A DNA stretch of 62,993 bases, filler included, from Octopus bimaculoides (Eukaryota): the NCBI RefSeq assembly GCF_001194135.2. It is 5 parts of 5 records of this genome, joined end to end, with 100 filler letters (N's around TTAATTAATTAA, not from the genome) between each part and the next. Parts side by side here need not be neighbours in the genome. Positions count along the whole stretch, not along the records: positions 1 to 8,915 come from NC_068982.1; positions 9,016 to 28,238 come from NC_069005.1; 3 more parts are not named here. The stretch is one strand, 5' to 3'. Of the stretch, positions 1 through 12,574 are shown one piece after another. Within the stretch, counting starts at the first letter, position 1, and each line of letters opens with the position of its first letter. The position numbers were made by a program, and so were the translations under genes. Under the pieces are notes generated by a model. It ran no database searches. It saw only the letters and a list, made by a program, of their open reading frames with translations, and was not told the origin of the DNA.

Positions 1-19
1 TATATATATATATATATAT

Positions 20-165
20 ATATATATTCTGTGTACCAGATCCACTCAGAAGGTATTATTCGGCCCGAGGCCATAGTGGAAAACGGATGCCCAAGGTGAC
101 ATGCAGTGTGACTGAACCCGGAACCATGTGGTTGGGAAGCAAGTTTCTTAATACAGTCTCACCTT
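20..165 (-). mobile_element. SINE family A, 5' head fragment
   Basis: Reverse complement of the head seen at 4157 (aagcttgcttcccaaccacatggttccgggttcagtc...ctcgggccga). Confidence 0.8.
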
Positions 166-344
166 CGCCTATATATGTATATATGCATATATAGGCGCAG
201 GTGTATATATATGTGTATATGTATAGGTATACATGTTTGCAAACGTACACGTATGCATATCGATAATCGTCTATACTCTTCCATGTAATATGCATATATA
301 GGCACAGGTGTATGTATATGTATATATGTATATGTATAAATGTT

Positions 345-375
<31 letters not shown>

Positions 376-441
376 TTTATATATATATATTTTTATATAT
401 ATGTATATGTATATAAGTATATATCTATATACATATACATA

Positions 442-501
<60 letters not shown>

Positions 502-520
502 TTTGCAGGCATACACATAT
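165..520. repeat. Compound (TA)n/(TG)n/(CATA)n microsatellite
   Basis: Read directly; explains the YIYI/MYVC ORFs. Confidence 0.95.
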
Positions 521-1200
521 GAATATCAACTAATCGTCTATACACGTCCATGTACAGAAGGAAACAGGCCACAAGGAAACACGCACGTTCTATATACACC
601 TGATATAAGACGTCGTTTAAGACGATGCATAGAAATACAGAGAAGACAACATGTTAACACTCATAATATGAGTGTAAAATTTTTTTAGGTACTCTTGAAT
701 TTCTGCCAGAAGAGATTTCTTCAGAATTTGGAAAAGCAAAACTTCATTCTCAAGAACTCACGAGGGGGAATTACTAGACACTGTCTTCAACTTCTAAACT
801 GTCTCTTGATGATAAGCATTGATTTCTTGAAATATAATTAAAGAATGTGTATATGAATTTCAATTCACTTAGTATTGTTTACTAATGTTATTCAGTAAAT
901 CACCAGCTACTTCAATTATCTGCACTATTCAGTTCTTTCATTCTTTTCTCTTGCTAATTTTTGACATACGTACGTATACACATACATACATACAAACATA
1001 CATACATACATACATATATATATATTAAAAAAAAATATATATATATGTATACGCATGTATGTGTATGTGTGTATATGTGTGTGTGTGCACATATATGTAT
1101 CTCTATACATATGTGTGCGTATATACATGTAGCTATATGTATGTATGCATAAATGTGTGCGTGTATTAAAGTAGCCCACGTCTATTGAACCAGTATATAT

Positions 1201-1405
1201 AAAGTTCCTGGGTTTGAGCGTATCGCGAAAGACCTGACTGCAGACTCAAACTTCTGCACATTTTTACAAGGCTTAAAGAAGCTGGAGGACCACTGAAATA
1301 AGTAAGTGAATCTGAAAGGGGAATATGTTAAATGAAATCATAATTAACTGATCCTCCTGTACTTTTTCTTTTACCTAAAGCCAGGTACTTTTCAGCACAC
1401 CCTCG

Positions 1406-1406
<1 letters not shown>
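1201..1406 (+). mobile_element. Mariner-derived MITE retaining the transposase C-terminus
   Basis: 1261-1335 translates FLQGLKKLEDH*NK*VNLKGEYVK*, matching the mariner C-terminal G(I/L)xKLxxRWxKCVxxxGxYVE pattern; right TIR aaagccaggtacttttcagcacaccctcgt; an inverted sister copy lies at 5100-5316. Confidence 0.8.
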
Positions 1407-1466
<60 letters not shown>

Positions 1467-1467
1467 G

Positions 1468-1572
1468 AATAAGAGGAATAACCACCCAGACGGATTCCTA
1501 GTAGGCTAGAAGACGCCAAATCGCCTTACCACGAAGAATATGTTCTCAACCTTGGTAGCTATTCCTCTTATT
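1468..1572. mobile_element. Small inverted-repeat (MITE-like) element
   Basis: aataagaggaataaccacc (1468-1486) is inverted at ggtagctattcctcttatt (1554-1572), 17/19 matching. Confidence 0.5.
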
Positions 1573-2533
1573 TATATATGTAATATAATTCATAGTCCTC
1601 GGACATTTTTTTAAAGTATGCTAGCCACTGGTTTAAATTAATATTATTTAATAATATTAATTTCTACCCTCATTATCTATCTATAGAAATACGTATATAT
1701 AATTCGTTTTCACTGGCAGGTTGAATGCTGTCTGACGGCTCCTACAAGTGTCGTCTGGAATTTAAGCTCTCAGTCAAAACTTCTTTTGTAAGAAATTGGA
1801 CATTATATATAGTCGCAAGTCACACAATAGCAAATCACTCAAACTGTAAATATTTTGATGCTTTCTTGTTATTCTTAAAATTGCTTCCAAGTAATAACCT
1901 TAATTTAAAATATACATTCGCTTCTTTCACGAAGTTGATCACTAATCCAAAGAATCTGATGCCTATAAAGACTCAGCACATCGAGATTCCATTTTGGATA
2001 AATAATTTACTAACACCACTGGCTGTATAAGCCGTCAGTCGACACATAAAATCTCGCTCAAATAGAGTTTTATAATAAGTCTGATTTTACTTTCGGTATT
2101 AAATCTCTACATCGGTGACTTTTTCGTCGTTATACTTAAACTTTTAAAGTTGTTGCAAGACAATAAACTTTAATATAACAAGCACACACCATATATATAT
2201 ATATATATATATATATANNNNNNNNNNNNNNNNNNNNNNNNNNNNNNNNNNNNNNNNNNNNNNNNNNNNNNNNNNNNNNNNNNNNNNNNNNNNNNNNNNN
2301 NNNNNNNNNNNNNNNNNNNNNNNNNNNNNNNNNNNNNNNNNNNNNNNNNNNNNNNNNNNNNNNNNNNNNNNNNNNNNNNNNNNNNNNNNNNNNNNNNNNN
2401 NNNNNNNNNNNNNNNNNNNNNNNNNNNNNNNNNNNNNNNNNNNNNNNNNNNNNNNNNNNNNNNNNNNNNNNNNNNNNNNNNNNNNNNNNNNNNNNNNNNN
2501 NNNNNNNNNNNNNNNNNNNNNNNNNNNNNNNNN

Positions 2534-2565
<32 letters not shown>

Positions 2566-4156
2566 ATATATTCATCCTTACACACACATACACACACACA
2601 CACTCACGCATATATATCTCAGTTTGATTCAGTTCTATATGGCTTTAAGTTTCGTGGGCGCGTAGGATGCATCCATCTCATTAGAAATCTCCTGACTTCT
2701 GATAAAACAGATTGCTAAATAGACGGTTAAATCGATAGAGGGATAGAGATTGACAGATAAGTGTTTATATGTATATAGAGAAAGAGAGACTTCTATAGGT
2801 AGGCAGATATTGAGAGTGAAACACTGAGGTATGTAGAATATAGTTATGTAGGTAAATGCAGACAAATTCTGAAAAGGCGGATATCGTGTATCACTGTTGT
2901 AGCTCTGCTAGACCCAATATCCTATCTAATGATGTGTGTTGAGATATGTCTACTTCTGAGCTAAAACCTCACAACTGAGATAGGTGACAAGATTGATTAA
3001 AACCCGTTGATTAACAGCCAGTGTTGACCTAAGGAACCATTCACGAAACTATACCCAGGAGGCATTGAACATTAGTTTTCAATTAACAAGCTTTGTGAGC
3101 ATGCATAAAGAATAGAATTTTCCAACCATTTCTATTTCACACTTTCTGTCAAATAGATAACTGCATTGCCACAAGAAAATAGCTGTGAAGAAGTTAGTTC
3201 TTCAGAGATTAGCGTACGTAGTCAATATGATACAACACCGTATGTGATCGTTAAATCTTGCAGCAAAGTATACAATATATCTATATGTAAATACACACGC
3301 ACACATGCGCGCGCGTAAACTATATTTTCCGAAGATGAGGAAAACACAATGACGTGGTGAATGAACGAGCAGGGTGTATTTGAATGACACCTAGGCAAAC
3401 TGATAGAAATCGTTAACGTTTCGAGCCTATGCACTTCTAAAGAAAGAACAGATGCGGAGAGAGAAAAGATGAAGAGACAAAGAATGTGGTTGAGCTGAAC
3501 AGTCAAGTTGCTCAAGTGGTTTCCGAGTTTCATCCGGACTATACTTCCCCCTCTCTCGGACTCGCACTGTTGCTACCTCTCAAAAATTACCTTTCCAGCG
3601 AACTCCACCTCGATTACCACTGGATTTCCACCTTTCTGAATCTAACTATGCGCTGTTGGTGACATGTAAACTATACTCTAGAATCAATGAGCAGCGTTGT
3701 AAGTTGATGAAGATGATTCTAGTGGGTCACACAATATGATTAAAACAGCATTCTAATACTGCTCAAATCGCACTTTCTCAATTTTAAAAGCGTTTTTTAG
3801 AAATAGGGATATGCTCCATCGGTACCAATGAGCGGTAAAGTGTAAGTGAATTCTAAGTAATTGTTGTAAGATAGTATCTTCATATTCTAAAAATATACAG
3901 CACGTTGTTGTACTTATAATAAGTATATAATTTATAGTGCTCGGGTGCGCTTTAACTCATCGGAAAAGAGTAAAAGAGGAGACAGAAAACAAAGCAGCAA
4001 TATGTCAAATAAAGACCGAACTGAAAGTCAAAAGTGCTTGAACAGCACACAGAATGCATCTATAAACAACAGACAAAGAGTATACAGTAGATGAGCCATA
4101 AAGGTATAAGAATGTCTTGGTATGTCAAAGAGAATGTTGGTGAATTTCGGGGAATA

Positions 4157-4574
4157 GGCGTAGGAGTGGCTGTGTGGTAAGTAGCTTGCTTACGAACCAC
4201 ATGGTTCCGGGTTCAGTCCTACTGCGTGGCACCTTGGGCAAATGTCTTCTACTATAGCCTCGAGCCGACCAAAGCCTTGTGAGTGGATTTGGTAGACGGA
4301 AACTGAAAGAAGCCCGTCGTATATACGTATATATGTGTATGTATGTGTGTGTATATATATTTGTGTGTCTGTGTTTGTACCCCCCCCCCCAACATCGCTT
4401 GACAACCGATGCTGGTGTGTTTACGTCTCCGTAACCTAGCGGATCGGCAAAATGGATAGAATAAGTACTAGGCTTACAAAGAATAAGTCCTGGGGCCGAT
4501 TCGCTCGACTAAAGGCGGTGCTCCAGCATGGCCACAGTCAAATGACTGAAACAAGTAAAAGAGAGTAAAAGAGA
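4157..4574 (+). mobile_element. SINE family A, full length (head, internal (TA)/(TG) tract, right arm)
   Basis: tRNA-like head with B-box-like ggttccgggttcagtcc, internal microsatellite, 3' (gtaaaaga)n tail; more than 15 related copies in the window. Confidence 0.9.
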
Positions 4575-5099
4575 GGAACATAGGATTTTTTAAGGTTTCC
4601 ATGTCCTGACAGCTAATAGCCAACATGTGTAGTTTATGCTATGTTTCAACAATTCTGAGTATGGATGTTTCCGAAGACATGCGTGCTATGCTGTTTTTTT
4701 TATAACTTTAAAAGCATGCCAGCGGGTTGCGCGTTGTCTTATCAATACGCATTCCAAATTAAGACGAATTTTATATCATGTAAGACTATTCTACATTCTA
4801 CAAAATGCAAAGTCGTTAGGACTTTAGAACAAAATATCAGTCAAGTACTGGTGTCGATGTGATCGAGTAGTCCACACACCCAGAATTCAGGACGTAGGCC
4901 GATACTAGAAACAGTGTTCTGCTATATGTCGGATATAAAATCTACGATTGATAATATTATTCTCAAACACTCTTTCTGGTTGTGCAAATGTACATGAAAT
5001 ATAACATCGTTTGGTGATTTCGCGCCAGCAAAATTCAGATAGTTATAGCAAAATGCATAAAAGAAAATGACTAAATTGATGACAGATTGCATATACATA

Positions 5100-5316
5100 C
5101 AAGGGGATGATGATAAGTTTCTGGCTTTGGGTAAAAAAGAAAATACAGAGGATCAGTTAATTATGATTTTATTCAACATATTCCCCTCACAGATTTACTC
5201 ATTTATTGCAGCGGTCTTTCAGTTTTTCTAAGCTCTGTAAAGAACTCGGAAGTTTGGGCCTCCAGCCAGACCTTTCGCGACACTCTTAAAGCCAGGAACT
5301 TTTCAGCCCTCTTCCG
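5100..5316 (-). mobile_element. Mariner-derived MITE (same family as 1201-1406)
   Basis: TIRs ta|caaggggatgatgataagtttctggcttt ... aaagccaggaacttttcagccctcttccg|ta with TA flanks. Confidence 0.8.
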
Positions 5317-5469
5317 TATGTCCTGTCATATGTATTGTTATTGAGCCTTTGATCAATACTAATGGGGCAGAATTTGATCAAAAGCATTTCAGCAGTGACC
5401 ATCTGAGCATTTCTCCCAATACAATGTGTATTCGAGAATGCAATTTATAAAGTAAATTAATTACACCAG

Positions 5470-5830
5470 ACGAAATGGTTAGCAACATTTCGTCCGTCTT
5501 TACGTTCGGAGTTCAATTTCCGCTGAGGTCCACTTTGCTTTCGTCTCATCGAGATCAATAAAATAAGTACCAGTTGAACACTGAGGACGAAGTAATTAAC
5601 TTACCCCTTCCTTAGAAATTACTGACCTTGTACCAAAATGTGAAACCAAATTTATAACGAAGATTATTAATAGCAAAATTGTTAGAGGCTCAGACGAAAT
5701 TCCCTTTTTTCGTTCTTGGTTTAAGTTCTGTTTAGGTCATCTTTGGATTTCACTCATTCGGGGGTCAATAAAATAAACTACCAGGCAAGTACAGGAACCG
5801 ATAATATCAACTTAATTCTTCACACAAAAC
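5470..5830 (+). mobile_element. Two degenerate SINE family B copies
   Basis: gttcggagttcaatttccgctgaggtccactttgc...ataaaataagtaccag motif occurs twice. Confidence 0.65.
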
Positions 5831-6249
5831 TACTGGCCCTGTGGTTAAACTAAAAATCAGTTATCATCATCATCATCAGCAACAGCAGTAGTAGCATCAG
5901 CGACGGCGGCGGCAGCAGTGGTAGTAGTAGTAGTAGTAGTAGTTGTTGTTGTAGAATACCGTTCTCTAACATCTATGATCTTACTAAATCAATGCATCAG
6001 ATTTTGAATGGAAGAATTGGTCTACAAATTTCATTTCCATGTGTCAAGTCTTGACCGATCCTCATTCAAATGTTGATGAATTAGTTTCGTCGTTATTTAT
6101 TGTCTATGTATGTATGTATGTATGTATGTATGTATGTATGTATGTATGTATGTATGTACGTGTCTATGTATACACACACGAATACACACAGATATTTGTA
6201 TTTTATGCATGTGCTTGCATATATGTGTTTATGCAAACACACATACACA

Positions 6250-6285
<36 letters not shown>

Positions 6286-7254
6286 NNNNNNNNNNTATAT
6301 ATGTATGTGTGTGTGTGTGTGTGTATTTATAATCACACGCACAGACACAACACACATATATACACATACATATATATATACGAGACAGACAGATAAGTAC
6401 ATAGGTGTGTAGATAAACAGATCGACCAATAGATAGATAGATAGATGCACACATAAGAACACATGTACTGATACACATACGAGAGAAAAAAAAAGATACA
6501 TATATGCATATATATATATATATATATAATTTATACATTCACATTTATATTCAAAGTATATACACGATACATACAGAAACCTATATACGCACCTGTACGC
6601 ACACATGAGACGTTTTTATAAATACTGTCTTTTGAACAACGCTATTTACATTATGCATGTATGTAGATCCTTTAAGCTGAACCAATTTTGGAGACTGCCA
6701 TCTGTTTTAGATTCCTTCGCCTTCCTCCATAACTAAATTCCATTCCCATCTTGCCCGGTCAGCTGAGACAGCTTATTCTTCCTTGTCTGATCGATATGAA
6801 GACAGAGCGAAAAATATTTTCATGGGAAGACGTCGGACATAGACTAACCCATGCAGCTTTGGATGCTGTCTGCATTAAGCCGTTGGCAATGCATTTTCCG
6901 TCTTTGGGACAGCAAACATTTGAAGAAGATAATAATTCTTGAGTGGCATTCCACTCACCGAGAAATGGTGACAGATACAGGTTTTCTCTCTGGAATAAAT
7001 TCCTGACTGCTTGCCTTGCACACAAGCATTTCGACGTTTGTTATGGTCAAATAAACAAACCAATTAAAGTGTATAAATAAACTAAAAGCTACCTGAGCTA
7101 TTGTGCAGCAATGCGTAAGATTTGAAAACTGAGGATGGGGTTGCCATTCCATCCTGGCTTGCAATTAAATTTTAATTTGACATATTTCATCATTGCAGCT
7201 AATGTACATGACTAACGATATCCTTTAGCAGCATTAAGTGTGATGGATTGGCAA

Positions 7255-7395
7255 AAGGCCGTGTGGTACTTATTCTGACATTTTACGTTCTGAGTTCAAA
7301 TCCTGCCGAGGTCAACTTGACTTCTATATCTTCGGATATCGCTAAAACAAAGTACAAGTACTGAGGTCGATGTAATCTACTGACCACTCACTCAA
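7255..7395 (+). mobile_element. SINE family B fragment
   Basis: ttacgttctgagttcaaatcctgccgaggtcaac motif. Confidence 0.7.
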
Positions 7396-7820
7396 AAGCG
7401 CGCGCGCGCACACACGCACACACACACACACGCACACACGCACACACACACACGCGCGCACGCACGCACGCACACACACACACTTACACACATAAATACA
7501 CAAAATAATGCATTTAATGAAAGTCAATTTGGCTAAAGAAGTTTCCATACTGAATGAGATTTCCGGTTGAGGAACGGAAAGATCTATACATTATACAATA
7601 ATTATAAGATGGTCTTAAATATAATCTGTAATTTACTAATGACCAGGAAACAGGGACAAATAGCAGTTCCAGTACATCCTTGCTTGTGGTTATTCACTCG
7701 CATATGCAATCTCAGCGAACATCTTTCGTGAAACTTCAGTGGTCTTGGAATGCTTCCTCGACATTATACAAATAAATAAACGTATCGAGAAGTCTTTGTT
7801 CATGTCAACAATTCTAAACG

Positions 7821-7873
<53 letters not shown>

Positions 7874-8420
7874 TGATGTATGCATGTATGTATGTATATA
7901 TNNNNNNNNNNNNNNNNNNNNNNNNNNNNNNNNNNNNNNNNNNNNNNNNNNNNNNNNNNNNNNNNNNNNNNNNNNNNNNNNNNNNNNNNNNNNNNNNNNN
8001 NNNNNNNNNNNNNNNNNNNNNNNNNNNNNNNNNNNNNNNNNNNNNNNNNNNNNNNNNNNNNNNNNNNNNNNNNNNNNNNNNNNNNNNNNNNNNNNNNNNN
8101 NNNNNNNNNNNNNNNNNNNNNNNNNNNNNNNNNNNNNNNNNNNNNNNNNNNNNNNNNNNNNNNNNNNNNNNNNNNNNNNNNNNNNNNNNNNNNNNNNNNN
8201 NNNNNNNNNNNNNNNNNNNNNNNNNNNNNNNNNNNNNNNNNNNNNNNNNNNNNNNNNNNNNNNNNNNNNNNNNNNNNNNNNNNNNNNNNNNNNNNNNNNN
8301 NNNNNNNNNNNNNNNNNNNNNNNNNNNNNNNNNNNNNNNNNNNNNNNNNNNNNNNNNNNNNNNNNNNNNNNNNNNNNNNNNNNNNNNNNNNNNNNNNNNN
8401 NNNNNNNNNNNNNNNNNNNN

Positions 8421-8453
<33 letters not shown>

Positions 8454-8882
8454 GTACACACATATACATATGTGTGAATACAGCATGTGTAGGTTGTGAG
8501 TTTAAATTTGGATTTCTTGATTGAACACAACAATTTCGCATGATGGGCTACGCTTCAATTGTATGACATTACCAATTATTTCACTGCCTATATTTGATGA
8601 CACTACGATGAATATGACTAAGTGTGTTGTTTTGCCCGCATACTTGATGGACTATCGACATGCAACACACCATCTCAAAATTTTCAGAGATGGGAAGAAG
8701 TTATGTGCGCGTAAGCGAGCGAAAATGTGCGCGTGTAAATCGTATAACTACATATACGTGCATCCATACATACATACATACATACATACATACGTACGCA
8801 CATACATACATGCATATACATACATACACACATAAATACATACATATATGTACGTAAGTACATGCATATATGTACATAAGTA

Positions 8883-8915
<33 letters not shown>

Positions 8916-9015
8916 NNNNNNNNNNNNNNNNNNNNNNNNNNNNNNNNNNNNNNNNNNNNTTAATTAATTAANNNNNNNNNNNNNNNNNNNNNNNNNNNNN
9001 NNNNNNNNNNNNNNN
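8916..9015. other. Assembly join spacer (44 N + TTAATTAATTAA + 44 N)
   Basis: Exactly 100 bp with a palindromic six-frame stop; identical structures at 28239, 39279 and 56623. Confidence 0.95.
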
Positions 9016-9476
9016 TATCTAGTAATACATTAATCAACGTGTCACGCCTTTTATTCAGACTGGTCAGTTTGGTGCAGTTAGTGTCCAGCTTCGACTTTCG
9101 GCAAAAAAAACAAAGAAAAACACATATGCGTGGGCAAGGGATGGGAGGTACATTTCAGATGGGTACATTCCCGGGTGAGAAAGTTTGGGCAAAAATATTT
9201 CGTCCAGAGCCCGAGAGGTGAAACACAACATGGGTGATGAGATGAGGAAAGACGTTTCGGATGGGATTGAGAGAGAGAGAGAGAGAGAGAGGGGAGGGAA
9301 GGAGCAAACAGTTACGCAGTTGAGAAGGGCAGAAGACTGTGGTTGTAGCAGCGATAGGTTTGGCAGAGAAAGCAAGAAACGGTGCCTCTGTGAAGTAAAG
9401 ATTATGCTGCGTTAATGGGTGATTCTTTACCAATCAGCTGCAATGTTTTCTTTTGGATGTTTTCCAGGATGTTTGT

Positions 9477-9523
<47 letters not shown>

Positions 9524-9538
9524 CGTAGCTGCAGCAGC

Positions 9539-9570
<32 letters not shown>

Positions 9571-9574
9571 CAGT

Positions 9575-9639
<65 letters not shown>

Positions 9640-9658
9640 CAGCAGCAGCAACAGCAGC

Positions 9659-9747
<89 letters not shown>

Positions 9748-9762
9748 CAGCAGCAGCAGCAT
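9477..9762. repeat. Compound (GTA)n/(GCA)n trinucleotide array
   Basis: Read directly; source of the poly-S/L/V ORFs. Confidence 0.95.
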
Positions 9763-9997
9763 TCTAAATATGTGAACAGTACCGTCTAAGATAGCAGTAC
9801 AAGCCTAAGATAGCAGTACAAGTCTAAGATAGCAGTGCTGTCCTAAATATGTAAGCTGTACCGTAATGTGGGTCTGTGATGAATAAAGAGTAACAACAGA
9901 ACTGTCCCAGATATATATATATATAAGCAATATTGTAACTTGGTTCCAGGATGTTTGTATACATAACAGAAGCACTGTTCCAGGTGAGTGATGTAGA

Positions 9998-10170
9998 ACT
10001 TTGTGGAGTGTTGCGTGGATGTCTGGTAAGAAGCTTGCCTTCCAGCCACATGGTTCCGGGTCCAGTCCCACTGCGTGGCACTTTGGACAAGTGTCTTCTG
10101 CTATAGCCTCGGGCAGAACAAAGCCTTGTGAGTGGATTTGGTAGACAGAAATTGAAAGAAGCCAATCGCA

Positions 10171-10185
<15 letters not shown>
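9998..10185 (+). mobile_element. SINE family A head running into a (TA)n gap
   Basis: Matches the 4157 head. Confidence 0.85.
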
Positions 10186-10204
<19 letters not shown>

Positions 10205-10829
10205 NNNNNNNNNNNNNNNNNNNNNNNNNNNNNNNNNNNNNNNNNNNNNNNNNNNNNNNNNNNNNNNNNNNNNNNNNNNNNNNNNNNNNNNNNNNNNNNN
10301 NNNNNNNNNNNNNNNNNNNNNNNNNNNNNNNNNNNNNNNNNNNNNNNNNNNNNNNNNNNNNNNNNNNNNNNNNNNNNNNNNNNNNNNNNNNNNNNNNNNN
10401 NNNNNNNNNNNNNNNNNNNNNNNNNNNNNNNNNNNNNNNNNNNNNNNNNNNNNNNNNNNNNNNNNNNNNNNNNNNNNNNNNNNNNNNNNNTATATATATA
10501 CATAAGCCCGTTGTATGGCCCTAAACTATATGGTGTTTATTTATTTCGTTTTTCGTATGTCCATTCCGTATTCTTTGTTCATCCTTGTTTGTTCGTCTTC
10601 TGTTATGTTTTGGTCGCATTCCCAGAAAGTTCTCTTGCTGGTTGCCTCGAGGGTGGATGCAATATTATCGATAATGGCACGAAATTGCGCTCGACATCTT
10701 GGCCGATAACTGATGAAGAATTAGTGACCTCCTATGTTTGTTCTCCGTTCGTCTGTGCATTCAGTGCATTTAGTATATGCCTTTCCGTCTGTTTGTTTAT
10801 TACTTATACGTGTTTGACATCTGAATACA

Positions 10830-11305
10830 TGTGCGTGTGTGTGTTTGTCCGTCCATCACTGTTTGACAAACGGTGATGGTATGTATGCGTCCCCGTAACT
10901 TAGCGGTTCGGCAAAACAGAAAGATAGAATAAGTTACCAGGCTTAAAAAATAAGTACTGGGGTCGATTCATTCGACTAAAAAAAAAAATTCAAGGTGGTG
11001 CCCCAGCATGGCTGCAGTCTAATGACTGAAACAAGTAAAAGAATAAAAGAATATATATACGTATGTATGTATGTGCGTGTGTGTGTGATTTTGTGTCTGT
11101 GTTTGTCCACCACCACCGCTTGACAACCGGTGTTGGTGTGTTTACGTCTCTGTACCTTAGCGTTTCGGCAAAAGAAAACTATGGAATAAGTACTAAGCTT
11201 ATAAAATAAGTACTGAGATCGATTTGTTCGATTAAAATCCTTCAGGGTGATGCTCCGGCATGGCCGCAGTCAAATGACTGAAACAAGTAAAAGATGAAAG
11301 ATAAG
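10830..11305 (+). mobile_element. Two tandem SINE family A right arms
   Basis: ttgacaa(a/c)cggtg...cttagcg(g)ttcggcaaaa...aatgactgaaacaagtaaaaga occurs twice. Confidence 0.8.
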
Positions 11306-11489
11306 TAACCAGACGTGAAATATCTTTTGGTCCTCAAGAATTCATGAAGAATCCTAATGTTTCTGCCACTGAAAGAGATAGAGTAACCAGAAGGAGAAGC
11401 AACGATAAGCTTATAAACCGAAATACTTGAGGTTGATATGTTTGATACCCATGTCGGAAGAGAGAGAGAGAGAGAGTTTGATGTTTTAT

Positions 11490-11549
11490 AGCTATGGTTA
11501 TAACTCCGGACGTTTCGTTCTTATCACACCTCTTCAGCGAGCCATAGCT
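11490..11549 (-). ncRNA. Minimal type I hammerhead ribozyme-like motif (degenerate stem II)
   Basis: Minus strand reads agctatggctcg CTGAAGA ggtgtgataagaac GAAA CGT C cggagttataaccatagct: conserved core, palindromic ACGT stem III and an extended stem I (agctatgg/ccatagct). Confidence 0.55.
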
Positions 11550-12574
11550 TACGCAAGCGCATTGCGGCATTCGTTTGGGCACTTTACCAGTTGCGCTCAA
11601 ATCCTTCTGCGGTCAGCTATATTTTCATACCTCCGAGGTCAATGAAATAAAGTATCAGACAAGTATTTCTGGCCTTGTGAGGGGGTGGGTGATAAAAATC
11701 ATTATTCTATACAATGCACTCACTATTTATATCTATTGAAATTCCCATGTTATATGTACCGTGTATTAAGCTTGCTTACACTTTTAGCAATAATGTCTTT
11801 ATTTGCTCCAGATTTTTACCTTTCAAAACATTTTGCAATTATCATAATGGGTTCTTTAATTAAGAAACTTATAGTAATTTGGTAGACGGAAACTGTGCGG
11901 AAGTCCTGCACACACACGCACACACACATACACACATATTTATAAGTACGAGTGTGTGTATGTATACATGCCTTTATGCATTCATACGTGCGTGTATATG
12001 TTTGTATACATTTGCATGTATGCGCGCACACACACACATATACGCATACACACACTTATACATATACGCACAAATATGTACACAAATTCATATAATATAT
12101 AATCTATATATAATCTATATAATACATACATAAATGTATGTATGTTAGTAGGTATATATATATATATATGTGCTTGTGTATGCATGTATGTATGTATGTT
12201 CGTATGTATACATGTTAGTGTGTGTATATATATATCTATATACACATCTATCTATATTTAGTTATTTGCTTCAATGCAATACACTTCACCGGATATTTCA
12301 GACTCAATGTTTAGATTAACATTTCATTCCTATTCCCGTACTGCGTTGTGTTTATATTATCCATGCAAAAGTAGACCAGATTGTCCAAAACATTAATCCA
12401 ATAATATTTGAATAATAACAGAAAACAGTAACTGGTCCCCACCACCGACCCCACTTTATCTGACCACAAAGTGTCATAGCGAAAGATAAGTTTTGGAATG
12501 AAAATATTTCACTGATTATGAAATATAAAATCATGACATTGGAAAATAGCAAAGAAGTGCATTCTGCATGAAAA

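Noticed and set aside
1730-2040. Inverted ctgacggct/agccgtcag as transposon TIRs, and a 101-aa ORF
   Set aside because: Only 9 bp match and no TSD; the ORF has no recognisable features.
8960-8971. Conserved TTAATTAATTAA motif occurring four times
   Set aside because: Always centred in exactly 100-bp N gaps; an assembler-inserted six-frame stop spacer, not biology.
9419-9775. Poly-Ser/Leu/Val ORFs (also 24267-24888, 36396-36947, 37117-37419)
   Set aside because: Pure trinucleotide arrays open in several frames on both strands, with no flanking coding context.
10665-10730. CTGATGA near GAAA as a hammerhead
   Set aside because: Stems II and III cannot be formed in any of the three topologies.
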